Part shown: positions 49,538 through 58,498 of the stretch, one piece after another
Numbering within the stretch: the stretch's first letter is position 1
How the letters are laid out: each line of letters begins with the position of its first letter
Assembly (NCBI GenBank): GCA_036782775.1
Contig: DAIPYJ010000001.1
Coordinates: forward strand, 115,404-179,403
DNA from: Candidatus Dormiibacterota bacterium
GTDB lineage: Bacteria > Chloroflexota > Dormibacteria > CF-121
Length of the DNA stretch: 64,000 nt
Reading direction: 5' to 3'
The notes under the pieces: generated by a model
What the model saw: the letters and a program-made list of their open reading frames with translations, nothing else
Databases searched by the model: none
What the model was told of the DNA's origin: nothing
Position numbers and translations under genes: made by a program

Positions 49538-50959
49538 ATGGCCGAGGAAGGATTTCGCGTCGAGCGCGACTCGATGGGAGAAGTCCGGGTTCCCGAGTCG
49601 GCATATTACGGAGCAAGTACGGAGCGGGCGCGCAAGAACTTTCCGATCAGCGAACTCCGAATGCCGCGCCGGTTCATCCGGGCGCTGGCTCAAATCAAGG
49701 GCGCTGCTGCGCTGGTCAACAGCGAGCTCGGCCTTCTCGAGGCACGCCTCGCCAACGCCATCCAAGAAGCAGCCGAGGAAGTCGAGGAAGGCAAGTTCGA
49801 CAAGGACTTCGTGGTCGACGTTTTTCAAACCGGTTCGGGAACCTCGTCGAACACCAATGCGAATGAGGTGATCGCGAATCGCGCTAACGAAATCCTCGGC
49901 AGCCCGCTCGGCTCACGAACACCAGTCCATCCGAACGATCATGTCAACCGCTGCCAGTCGAGCAATGACGTCATCCCAACGGCGACCCAACTATCGGCGC
50001 TGGTTGCTCTTCATCAAGAGCTGATTCCCGCGCTCGGCTATCTGAAAGACGCGCTCGAGCGTAAGGCACAAGAGCTGATGCCGGTGATCAAGACGGGCCG
50101 TACCCATCTCCAGGATGCGACGCCGATCCGCCTGGGCCAGGAGTTTTTCGGGTACGCCGGCCAGGCCGAGCGCGGGATCGACCGGCTTCGCCGTGCCGCG
50201 GACGAGCTCGCTGACTTGCCGCTTGGTGGGACGGCGGTCGGCACCGGGATCAATGCCCACCCGGAGTTCGCGCGCCGGGTTTGTCAGCATCTCACGCGGC
50301 GGGCCGGCGTGCCGGTGCAGGAGACCGGGAATCATTTCCAGGCGCAGGCGACCCTGGATGCGGTGCTTTCGGCGGCCGGCGCCCTGCGAACGGTCGGCGT
50401 CAGCCTCTGGAAGATCGGGAACGATCTGCGCTGGTTTGCCTCCGGGCCGCGCGCCGGGCTGGGCGAGATCACGCTGCCCGAGGTGCAGCCCGGCAGTTCG
50501 ATCATGCCGGGCAAGGTGAATCCGGTGATCATCGAATCCCTGACCATGGTGGTGGCGCGCGTCCTGGGCAACGATCAGACCCTGACGGTGGCCGCCCAGT
50601 CGGGAAGCATCTTCGAGCTCAACCTGATGCAACCGATCGCCGCTTATACGCTGCTCGAGAGCATTACGCTCCTGGCAGCGTCGGCGCAAAATCTCGCACG
50701 CCAGTGCGTCGATGGCATTAACGCGACCGACCGTGGACCGAAGGTCGTCGAGCAAGGCTTGATGCTGGCGACCGCCCTTGCTCCGGCGATTGGCTATGAC
50801 GCCGCCGCGAAAATCGCCAAGGAGGCGCTGGCGAACGGGCGGACGATCCGTGAGATCGCGCGCGAGAAAACGAAGCTGTCTGCCGATGAGCTCGATCGAC
50901 TGCTGGATCCCGGGCGGATGACCCAACCTGGCATGGAGACGGGCGCCGCCGGCGGCTAG
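49538..50959 (+). CDS. class II fumarate hydratase / aspartate ammonia-lyase family enzyme
   Basis: Carries the GSSIMPGKVNP signature and HPNDHVNRCQSSND. It is 473 aa; features are mixed between FumC and AspA. Confidence 0.85.
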   Translation: MAEEGFRVERDSMGEVRVPESAYYGASTERARKNFPISELRMPRRFIRALAQIKGAAALVNSELGLLEARLANAIQEAAEEVEEGKFDKDFVVDVFQTGSGTSSNTNANEVIANRANEILGSPLGSRTPVHPNDHVNRCQSSNDVIPTATQLSALVALHQELIPALGYLKDALERKAQELMPVIKTGRTHLQDATPIRLGQEFFGYAGQAERGIDRLRRAADELADLPLGGTAVGTGINAHPEFARRVCQHLTRRAGVPVQETGNHFQAQATLDAVLSAAGALRTVGVSLWKIGNDLRWFASGPRAGLGEITLPEVQPGSSIMPGKVNPVIIESLTMVVARVLGNDQTLTVAAQSGSIFELNLMQPIAAYTLLESITLLAASAQNLARQCVDGINATDRGPKVVEQGLMLATALAPAIGYDAAAKIAKEALANGRTIREIAREKTKLSADELDRLLDPGRMTQPGMETGAAGG

Positions 50960-50966
50960 TGCTGGT

Positions 50967-50991
50967 GGGGAGCCGGCGACCCCGGCTCCCC
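50967..50991. terminator. GC-rich hairpin between convergent genes (GGGGAGCCGG-cgacc-CCGGCTCCCC), no U-tract
   Basis: A perfect 10-bp stem lies 8 nt after the fumarase-like stop and 14 nt before the end of the minus-strand BNR gene. Confidence 0.35.
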
Positions 50992-51004
50992 AAGAGACCC
51001 TGCG

Positions 51005-52657
51005 TCAGTAGCTAACGGTCGCTTCGTAGGTGTCGGTGTTGCCGAAGTTGGTTGCGCAGACCTTCGGGTCGTCCGGGTTGGGCGCGACAGCAGTTTTCGA
51101 TCCGCTGTAGACAGCGCTTCGGTAGTTGTCCACCGCAGAGCAGGCGGCCGCATTGCGCGAATCGGTCCAGACGACGTAGGCCGCGTGGGGGCCCGACACG
51201 ATTCCGATGTAATCGCCGATGAACTGCTCCATCAGGTTGTTGTAGCTCGAGCCGTCGGGATTCGACGACGCCGTGCTGACTCGCAGCGGGGCGCCGAAGG
51301 CGGCCCCATGGATCGACTGCACGAGGTAGTTGTCGTAGACCTGCACGCCCGTCTGCCAGGGATTGTTCGCTGGCGGCTCGGTGAGGGCATCAAACGTGAC
51401 GTTGACGTTGCCGTCCGGATCGACGCTGGCCTCGGGAAAGAAGCTGTTGCGGTTCGCGATCGATGCGATCGTCCCGAGCTGCGTCCAGGTCAATCCATCC
51501 TTCGAATCGGCGGCTTTGACAACACCGTGGCCGCCGCTGAAGTCGCACCAGACGAGGTAGACCAGACTGCTCGAGGGGTCCGCCGCCGGATGCGGGTAGC
51601 AGTCGACGCGGGCGCTCATTCCGGGAACTCGGTTGAAGAGGTCCACAGCATCGAACGGCGTCCCGGTCAGCGGGTAATCGGTGACCTGCGAGATCGTGAT
51701 CGGGCTCGTGAACGTTGCGCCGCCATCCTGCGAGGTCGCCACCACCTGCAGCGACGCTGACTTCGTCGAGTCCGCGTTTTCTGTCCAGAAGACTTCGACG
51801 GTGCCATCCGAGGCCACCGCCATCTGGCCCGTCTCACGGAAGCCTTGAGCGGAGTTGCTATTGCCGGCGCTGACCTGCACCGGCGACGACCAGGTCTGCG
51901 CCTCGTCGTCAGAGTGAACGACCATGAGCTTCACGTTCCCATTGCCGGAGCACTCGCCGCAGAAGATCGCGATGAAGACGTAGACCCGGCCGAAATGCGG
52001 ACTGCCGGCGACCTTATCGACCGCGAGCCATTCATGGTCGTCGAAATCCGAGGTCTTGTTCAGCGCGTTGACGAGTGAGGGGGTCAACCAGCTCGCCCCG
52101 TCGTCGTGGCTGCGCGAAACGGCAGTCGCCTCACTGAAATGCTGGTCAGGATTGATCGGATCGGCGAGATTCGCGTAATAGATGGTCACGCCGCAGACAT
52201 AGCTGAACCCGCCGTTGCAGAACTGGGGACCGTAGTCCAGGCTGGGGTCGCCGCCCGAGGCGCGGCCGATTCCGCTGTTGTCGTAGCCCGGCAGGTAGCC
52301 GCCGCTCCAGCTGCCGCCGTTGTCCTTCGAAACGTAGTAACCCGAGACCTGCTCACCATGCCCGAAGGGACATGGGCTGCTCAGTGGCGCCGTCGTCCCG
52401 GAACAGAGCGGGTTGTCCAGCTCATCGTTCGCACCGGCAACCAGCACGCCGGTGAACGGGTCCCGGGTAATCGAGGTCTCGTTCTGCTTGTTCTGCGGGA
52501 ACGGGTTTCCATGATCCAGGTCGACAAGCGTGTTGCCTGAGACCGAGGGTCCGGCCACCGGCGGGGCCGCGGTTCCTACCGCCGGCTGGACCAGGGCCAG
52601 CGCGGCCGCGACGGGCAGCATGACGAGCGAGATTCGACGGGGAAGTCGATGTGGCAA
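51005..52657 (-). CDS. secreted BNR/Asp-box repeat protein (sialidase / glycosidase-like beta-propeller)
   Basis: N-terminal signal peptide, then at least five SxDxGxTW-type Asp boxes (SKDNGGSW, SHDDGASW, SDDEAQTW, SQDGGATF, SKDGLTWT). Confidence 0.7.
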   Translation of the reverse strand: MPHRLPRRISLVMLPVAAALALVQPAVGTAAPPVAGPSVSGNTLVDLDHGNPFPQNKQNETSITRDPFTGVLVAGANDELDNPLCSGTTAPLSSPCPFGHGEQVSGYYVSKDNGGSWSGGYLPGYDNSGIGRASGGDPSLDYGPQFCNGGFSYVCGVTIYYANLADPINPDQHFSEATAVSRSHDDGASWLTPSLVNALNKTSDFDDHEWLAVDKVAGSPHFGRVYVFIAIFCGECSGNGNVKLMVVHSDDEAQTWSSPVQVSAGNSNSAQGFRETGQMAVASDGTVEVFWTENADSTKSASLQVVATSQDGGATFTSPITISQVTDYPLTGTPFDAVDLFNRVPGMSARVDCYPHPAADPSSSLVYLVWCDFSGGHGVVKAADSKDGLTWTQLGTIASIANRNSFFPEASVDPDGNVNVTFDALTEPPANNPWQTGVQVYDNYLVQSIHGAAFGAPLRVSTASSNPDGSSYNNLMEQFIGDYIGIVSGPHAAYVVWTDSRNAAACSAVDNYRSAVYSGSKTAVAPNPDDPKVCATNFGNTDTYEATVSY

Positions 52658-52745
52658 GGCTCCTCCTCCTCCAGTTGGTTGCGTCGGGTTGTGCCGCCCG
52701 AAAGTGTAAAGGTTTAGTAAGACCCAGACAAGGGCCGCCTAACCG

Positions 52746-53414
52746 TTAGCTGTCGGCTTCGATCAAGCCCTTGCGGATCGCGTACTTGACGAGTTCTGTG
52801 CGGTCATGCATCCGAAGCTTCTTCATGATGTGGTCGCGGTGAGTCTGGACGGTCTTGATGCTCAGAAATAGCGTGTCGGCGATTTGACGGTTCGTCTTGC
52901 CCTCGGCGACCAGCCGCAGCACTTCGCGCTCCCGATCGCTGAGCGGCTCAAAGGTCTCGCGCTCGGGCGCACGCTGCAGATAGTCCGAGACGAGGAGCCG
53001 TGCGACCGACGGATAGAGATACGGCTCGCCCTTGCTGGCGGCCTCGATCGCGGCGATCAGGTCTGAGGCGGCAGCTTTCTTGAGGACGTAGCCGACGGCG
53101 CCCGCCTTGAGGGTCTGAAAAAAATATTCCTCGTTGTCGTGCGCCGTGAGGATGACGACCTGCGTCTGGGGACACAGACGCCGAATCTCGCGGGTGGCTT
53201 CGATGCCCGACATTCCGGGCATGGCGACGTCGACGACGGCCACGTCGGGGCAATTGGCGCGGGCAAGCCGAATCGCCTCCCGGGCTTCGGTCGCCTCGGC
53301 GATAACCTGGATCTCGCTTTGGCCGTCGATCACGGCACGGATGCCGGCGCGGACGAGATTGTGATCTTCGACGAGCATGACACGGATCGGCCGGCGCTCA
53401 GTTTGCTGTTGCAT
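52746..53414 (-). CDS. two-component response regulator, NarL/FixJ (LuxR) family
   Basis: ATG at 53414 gives MQQQTERRPIRVMLVEDH..., a receiver domain with a C-terminal LuxR HTH. Confidence 0.85.
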   Translation of the reverse strand: MQQQTERRPIRVMLVEDHNLVRAGIRAVIDGQSEIQVIAEATEAREAIRLARANCPDVAVVDVAMPGMSGIEATREIRRLCPQTQVVILTAHDNEEYFFQTLKAGAVGYVLKKAAASDLIAAIEAASKGEPYLYPSVARLLVSDYLQRAPERETFEPLSDREREVLRLVAEGKTNRQIADTLFLSIKTVQTHRDHIMKKLRMHDRTELVKYAIRKGLIEADS

Positions 53415-54423
53415 GGCGGTCCTCCAAGGGTAATTGCGCGACCACTTCGGTGCCCGCGCGCGGCGCCGATCGGATGTCGAGCGTTCCGCGTAAGAGCGTG
53501 GCTCGTTCGCGCATCCCGAAGATGCCGAGCCCGGCGCGGCCGGCCCCTTCTTTCTCCGGAATGCGGTCGGGGTCGAAGCCGATGCCATCGTCGCGGACGC
53601 GCAGCCAGACATGACTGTTGACACAGCGGAGGTCGATGTTGACGTGGGTCGCCCGCGCGTACTTGTTGGCATTCGTCAGCGCCTCCTGCGCGATCCGGTA
53701 GAGCGCAGTTTCGATCGCCGGTGAGAGGCGGTCGCGCAGGCCATCGACGTGCAGGGAAACCTCAGCACCTGACGGCTGCTTCGCGAGAGTGCGCAGTGCC
53801 GGCACCAGCCCCAGGTCATCGAGGACCGACGGACGGAGGTCCTGCGACATGCGATGAACTTCCTCGAGGGTTTCTTCCAATGTTCGCTTGACCGCCTCGA
53901 GCTGCTCGCGGGCGACGCGGTCGGAGGTCCGTTCGAGCAGCAAGTCGAGACTGATGATCTCGTGTGTCAGCGCCTGCCCGGTCTGGTCATGGAGCTCGCG
54001 CGCCACCCGCTGACGTTCGCGCTCTTGCGCTTGCAGCACCCGCTGCGCGCTCAGATGCCGCTCGTGCTCGAGGCGATCGAGCATGGAGTTGAAGACGGTC
54101 GCGATCCGGCGGAGATCGGGGTCGGCGAAGTTGGTTTGCACCCGCGGCTCTTCGACACCCGGTTGCACCGCGCCCATGGTCGATTCCAGTTCTCGCATCG
54201 GCCGAAAAGCGAGCCGGAGGATAAGAAAGTTGGCGACCAGGATGGCGATCAGGCCGATCGCCAGCAGCCCGAGCAAGAAGGGAACCCGCCTCCCGGAAAA
54301 GTTGACGGTGATCAGCGGGCCGATGACGGCGCCGACGACGATGATGGCGCTGTTCGCCACCACCACCTTCTGAAACGTCGTCAGGTTACGGTGCCACCAC
54401 CGTGGGTCCAGCGGTCGCCTCAC
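53398..54423 (-). CDS. sensor histidine kinase (HisKA_3 / NarX-DesK type)
   Basis: Two N-terminal TM helices, the H-box ELHDQTGQAL, and HATPase_c (GIGF, GLGIFGMRERA). It overlaps the RR by 17 nt. Confidence 0.8.
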   Translation of the reverse strand: MRRPLDPRWWHRNLTTFQKVVVANSAIIVVGAVIGPLITVNFSGRRVPFLLGLLAIGLIAILVANFLILRLAFRPMRELESTMGAVQPGVEEPRVQTNFADPDLRRIATVFNSMLDRLEHERHLSAQRVLQAQERERQRVARELHDQTGQALTHEIISLDLLLERTSDRVAREQLEAVKRTLEETLEEVHRMSQDLRPSVLDDLGLVPALRTLAKQPSGAEVSLHVDGLRDRLSPAIETALYRIAQEALTNANKYARATHVNIDLRCVNSHVWLRVRDDGIGFDPDRIPEKEGAGRAGLGIFGMRERATLLRGTLDIRSAPRAGTEVVAQLPLEDRHATAN

Positions 54424-54570
54424 AAATCGATTCTAGGCACGGATTTTGCGATTTTCATACGACGGTCGTGCCCGAGCGGCATTCAGGTGCACGCCCGATG
54501 CCAGGGCTGATAGGCGGCGCCCAAATTGGGTACAGACATCAGTGCACGACGATTTCCTCCCCTCCATAGC

Positions 54571-54604
54571 GCGGGCCGTTTTCCCCCACGGCCCGCATTT
54601 TTTG
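54571..54604 (+). terminator. intrinsic-terminator-like hairpin (GCGGGCCGT-tttccccc-ACGGCCCGC) followed by ATTTTTTG, in the 5' leader of the DUF3090 gene
   Basis: A 9-bp perfect GC stem is followed by a 6-T run on the + strand. No plus-strand CDS ends upstream of it. Confidence 0.45.
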
Positions 54605-54631
54605 TCCGCGGGGCGCTGCCAAAATAGTGCC

Positions 54632-55123
54632 TTGGCCTCTGATAGCTTCGACCTGAAAGCCGTCACTCGCGTCACGGCAGGCGCCGTCGGCGAGCCGGGA
54701 AAGCGATCGTTTTACCTCCAGCTGCGGGCTGCCGGCTCGCTGGTCAGCCTGGCGCTCGAGAAGGAGCAGCTGCGCGCACTGACGGAGCGACTGCAGGAGG
54801 TCTTTAGCCGGGTATCCGTCCCACAAGCGGGCTCGCTGCCCGACATGGCGCTCGAAGAGCCGATCCACCCGGTGTGGCGGGTCGGATTCATGACGCTGAC
54901 CTACAGCCAGGAAGAGAAGCGGTTCGAGGTCTCGCTGGTGGAGCTGGTCGACGAAGGCGACGAGCCCGCGACCGGTCATTTCGAGGCCAGCCTGGCGCAG
55001 ATGCAGGCGCTCGCGACCCACGCCGCGAGCCTGATCAGCGCCGGACGGCCTCCTTGCCCGCTGTGCGGGGGTCCCATCGATCATGACGGCGGGATTTGCC
55101 CGCGCCTCAACGGGCATCATTGA
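54632..55123 (+). CDS. DUF3090-family protein (actinobacterial, C-terminal CPLCGGPIDHDGGICPRLNGH zinc-finger-like motif)
   Basis: TTG at 54632 gives (M)ASDSFDLKAVTRVTAGAVGEPGKRSFYLQ..., about 163 aa. The track ORF start at 54446 runs through the terminator hairpin and looks like an extension. Confidence 0.6.
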   Translation: MASDSFDLKAVTRVTAGAVGEPGKRSFYLQLRAAGSLVSLALEKEQLRALTERLQEVFSRVSVPQAGSLPDMALEEPIHPVWRVGFMTLTYSQEEKRFEVSLVELVDEGDEPATGHFEASLAQMQALATHAASLISAGRPPCPLCGGPIDHDGGICPRLNGHH

Positions 55124-55868
55124 GGAAGTGCCCAGGCCCATCAAGCCGCTAGACGCGGAGGCGGAAGAGCGCCTCCTGCGCGAGGGCACCATCGATCCGC
55201 GCGGGCTGATGCCCGACTGTTCGAACTACACCTACCTGGCCGAAGTTTGCGATAGCCGGGGCGGGCAAACGCTCGGGGTCTACAAGCCGGCCGGCGGCGA
55301 AACCCCGCTCGACGATTTTCCGGATGGGACGCTCGGCAAGCGTGAAGTCGCGGCCTATCTCGTCAGCCAGGCGCTTGGCTGGCACCTTGTCCCCTTCACG
55401 GTGTATCGCGACGCCGGTCCGCTGGGGCCGGGGTCGCTGCAACGGTTCGTGCATGCCGACCTGCGTCAGCACTATTTTTCGCTGATGCCCGGGCGCGCGT
55501 CGGACTTTCGCACCATGGCCGCCTTCGACGTCATCGTCAACAACGCTGATCGGAAAAGTGGACATTGCCTGATCGATCGGCAGGGCAGGATTTGGGGAGT
55601 CGACAACGGCCTGACGTTCCACGTCCTCCCTAAGCTGCGGACCGTCATCTGGGAGTTCGCCGGCGAGGAGGTCCCTCCAAACTTGCGTCGCGACGCGGGC
55701 CGGCTTGCCGCCGAGCTGACCAGCCGCCGTTCCGCGGTCGCGCCGTTGACTGACTTATTGAGCGAAGCGGAGGTGAGGGCGCTCGCGCGACGCGCCCAGC
55801 GGCTGGCGGACGACGGGCGCTATCCGCCGCCGACCTCGCGCTGGGCCTATCCTTGGCCGCTGGTCTGA
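55083..55868 (+). CDS. SCO1664-family protein (PI3/4-kinase-like fold, actinobacterial)
   Basis: 261 aa, always paired with DUF3090 in my recollection of actinobacterial genomes. It carries a lipid/protein-kinase-like catalytic motif (IVNNADRKSGHCL...DNGLTF). The start may instead be the GTG at 55128. Confidence 0.65.
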   Translation: MTAGFARASTGIIEEVPRPIKPLDAEAEERLLREGTIDPRGLMPDCSNYTYLAEVCDSRGGQTLGVYKPAGGETPLDDFPDGTLGKREVAAYLVSQALGWHLVPFTVYRDAGPLGPGSLQRFVHADLRQHYFSLMPGRASDFRTMAAFDVIVNNADRKSGHCLIDRQGRIWGVDNGLTFHVLPKLRTVIWEFAGEEVPPNLRRDAGRLAAELTSRRSAVAPLTDLLSEAEVRALARRAQRLADDGRYPPPTSRWAYPWPLV

Positions 55869-55875
55869 GCGCCCG

Positions 55876-56592
55876 CTAGCGGCGCAAGGCGGCCGGCACC
55901 CGAGGCCGGTCAGGCTCGGTGGGAAGCTCCTCGTCGAGCCGGCGTAACCAGGCAGGCGCGGCCGGCGGCACATCGTCCACCGGCACCTCGCGGTCGTCGC
56001 GGTCATCCGGCTCCGTTCCAGGCGTCAGCATCCGCCAGAGGACGAGAAACGTTCCGCCAACCAGGGCGAACTTTGCCGTGCCGAAGAGCACCAGGCCGGC
56101 CAGCTGCTGATCCTCGATCGAGCGGTAAGCCTGATAGAAGAGATGGTGGGACAGCGCCAGCGTCAGCCCGGGAATCGTGGGCGGGACGCCCGCGACCATC
56201 AAAACGCCGATCTTCGCGATCGAGCTCAGGCGGCGGCTGCCCACGATCGGCCACCAGAAGGCAAAAGCGCCCAGGATCACGACGGCTTGCACCAACTCGC
56301 GGACGAGAAGACTGCTCGATGCCGCGTCGACCACGGCAGGGAGCTGCCCCGCGAAGATCACGACATTGAGCGCGACGATTCCGACCACCGGATGCAGCCG
56401 CGCGCTCAAGCTGCTGCCGAACAACGGGCCGAAGCCATACGCGAGGAGCGGGACGACCAGCGCCAGCAGCGCCATCTCCAGCAGCATGTGGGTGCTGAGG
56501 CGCAGGCCGGCGGTCGCAACGACCGGCGGAAGCAGGCTGATAACGGCCAAGGCAAGTCCGGCGGCGAGCGCCCCACGATGACGCCGGGTCAT
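55876..56592 (-). CDS. polytopic membrane protein, possibly a cytochrome c oxidase assembly factor CtaG-like (Caa3_CtaG)
   Basis: ATG at 56592 gives MTRRHRGALAAGLALAV..., 238 aa with about 6 TM helices and conserved His clusters (HMLLEM, SHHLFYQAY). It overlaps the PLD-like gene as ATGA. Confidence 0.45.
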   Translation of the reverse strand: MTRRHRGALAAGLALAVISLLPPVVATAGLRLSTHMLLEMALLALVVPLLAYGFGPLFGSSLSARLHPVVGIVALNVVIFAGQLPAVVDAASSSLLVRELVQAVVILGAFAFWWPIVGSRRLSSIAKIGVLMVAGVPPTIPGLTLALSHHLFYQAYRSIEDQQLAGLVLFGTAKFALVGGTFLVLWRMLTPGTEPDDRDDREVPVDDVPPAAPAWLRRLDEELPTEPDRPRVPAALRR

Positions 56593-57677
56593 CACCTTAT
56601 TTTGCCGGACGCCACCGGTGCCTGGTAGTGAGCAAACACGGCATCGACAAAGCTCACGAACTGGTCCGCGAGCGGCCCGCTGTCGAGCTCGAGCACGTTT
56701 TCCGCATTGTCCTCGCCGGCGTGCGAGAGGTTGTAGCTGCCGGTGAAGACGGTGTTGTCGGCGACCACGATCTTGGCGTGCATATAGTCGTGGACGCTGG
56801 TCGGCGAATAGGGTGTCGTCACCTTGGAGGCGAAGGGCAAGGAACTGGTGACGCCTTGAAACGCCGGCCCCTTCCAACCGGCGTGCGGATCCACCTTCCA
56901 CTGACCCAACACTTCTGCCATTTGGGTGCGGTCGTAGACGCCCTTGAAGTCGGCAGGGGCATGCCCGACGAGGTCGGCGAGCGTGCCGAGGACCACGCCC
57001 GAGGTGATCACGGGTGAGCAGATCCGGATGCGACGCTTCGCGTGAGCGAGGCGCATCGCGATTTCGTGGCCCATTCGCGGCCCGCGCCCAGGCGAGAAGA
57101 ACAGCCGCGCCTTGATCGAGCCGTATGAGGCGGGCACGCTGACTCCGGGCAGGTCGTACTTACCGGTGCCTTCGACCTGGCCGCCATCCCAGAGCTCGCT
57201 GAAGTTTTTCGCGTACTCGCGCGCCAGGGCCGGCGACGGCAGGCGCAGGATGACGTTCTCCTCACGGTTCCAGGAGTCGTTCGTCCAGTTGGTGGAACCG
57301 GTCCATACGGTCGCCTGCTCGCTGGCTGCGTCACGCACGATGTATTTGTGGTGCATCAGCTCCGGCACGCCGGAAATCGGCCGAGTCGGGACGCCGAGGC
57401 TCGCGATGTACGCCGAGTCGGGCTGAGGAGGCGGGGGAACCGGGATTGGGTTCGGATAGTCGACGTTGTAAAGCACGCGCACCACGACGCCGCGGCTCGC
57501 GGCTGACTTGAGTGCCGTCCGCACCGCGTCAGCGGGGCTATCGGTGAGGTTGAAGTCGTAGATCGCGATGTCGAGCGTCTGCTGGGCGGCGTCGATGAAG
57601 GCGGCGAGCTGCGCCGCCACCTGATCTGCGGTCTGCGCGCCATCCTGGAGAAAACTCAGCTCCAGGCCGGCCGTCAT
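56592..57677 (-). CDS. phospholipase D-like protein with two HKD motifs
   Basis: Carries HHKYIVRD...GSTNWT and HAKIVVAD...GSYNLS. It is 361 aa with no TM segment. Confidence 0.8.
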   Translation of the reverse strand: MTAGLELSFLQDGAQTADQVAAQLAAFIDAAQQTLDIAIYDFNLTDSPADAVRTALKSAASRGVVVRVLYNVDYPNPIPVPPPPQPDSAYIASLGVPTRPISGVPELMHHKYIVRDAASEQATVWTGSTNWTNDSWNREENVILRLPSPALAREYAKNFSELWDGGQVEGTGKYDLPGVSVPASYGSIKARLFFSPGRGPRMGHEIAMRLAHAKRRIRICSPVITSGVVLGTLADLVGHAPADFKGVYDRTQMAEVLGQWKVDPHAGWKGPAFQGVTSSLPFASKVTTPYSPTSVHDYMHAKIVVADNTVFTGSYNLSHAGEDNAENVLELDSGPLADQFVSFVDAVFAHYQAPVASGKIR

Positions 57678-58459
57678 TGGGCGTCGCTCTTTTTTTGCTG
57701 CGCTCGCTCCTTCGCGCGTTGATCGAGCAACTTCCGCTGATAGTGCTGCTGGATGACGTCCGCGGCGTGCTCGATGTCGTCGGTGACGACCATCAGGTCG
57801 AGATCTTCGGGCGAGACTTTTCGTTCGGCAAGGACGCGGTCATGGATCCATTGGCGCAGGCCGGCCCAGTAGTCACTGCCGAACAGAATTACCGGGAAAT
57901 GGACGATCTTCCCGGTCTGAATCAGGGTGAGCGACTCGAAGAGTTCGTCGAGCGTCCCGAAACCGCCGGGGAAGATGACGAAGGATTCGGCGTATTTGAC
58001 GAACATCGTCTTGCGCACGAAGAAATAATGGAACTCGATGCCCAGATCGACGTACTCGTTCAGGCTCTGCTCGAAAGGCAGCTCGATATTGCAGCCGACC
58101 GAGAGGCCGCCGCCCTCGCGTGCGCCCCGATTGGCGGCCTCCATGATCCCGGGGCCGCCACCGGTGATCACCGCGAAGCCGCGACGCGCGACCGCCGCAG
58201 CCAGCTTGCGGGCTTCGTCGTACATCGGATCCGGTGGCCGGACACGCGCAGAGCCAAAGATGGTGACCGCGGGACCGACGGCGGCCAGCGCGTCGAAGCC
58301 CTCCACAAACTCCGCCTGGATGCGCAGCACGCGCCAGGGATCGCTGTCGAGGAACTCGGGCAGCGGAGCCCGCTCCAGCAGCGCTCGGTCTTCGATGGGA
58401 TGTTCGACGCCCCGACGCACCACTCGCCCGGCACGCCGTCCTTCGCGCTCGTCCGCCAT
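57674..58459 (-). CDS. LOG-family protein (cytokinin riboside 5'-monophosphate phosphoribohydrolase-like, TIGR00730)
   Basis: Carries the PGGxGTxxE motif (FPGGFGTLDELFE) and GGGPGIMEAANRGA. It overlaps the PLD-like gene by 4 nt. Confidence 0.8.
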   Translation of the reverse strand: MADEREGRRAGRVVRRGVEHPIEDRALLERAPLPEFLDSDPWRVLRIQAEFVEGFDALAAVGPAVTIFGSARVRPPDPMYDEARKLAAAVARRGFAVITGGGPGIMEAANRGAREGGGLSVGCNIELPFEQSLNEYVDLGIEFHYFFVRKTMFVKYAESFVIFPGGFGTLDELFESLTLIQTGKIVHFPVILFGSDYWAGLRQWIHDRVLAERKVSPEDLDLMVVTDDIEHAADVIQQHYQRKLLDQRAKERAQQKKSDAQ

Positions 58460-58498
58460 CGCTTGCTTACTGTAGCGCCGTTACTTTTGGGAGTGCGC

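Noticed and set aside
54446-54631. Upstream extension of the DUF3090 ORF (start at 54446)
   Set aside because: The extension has non-protein-like composition and runs through a strong terminator hairpin. The conserved family N-terminus begins at the TTG at 54632.
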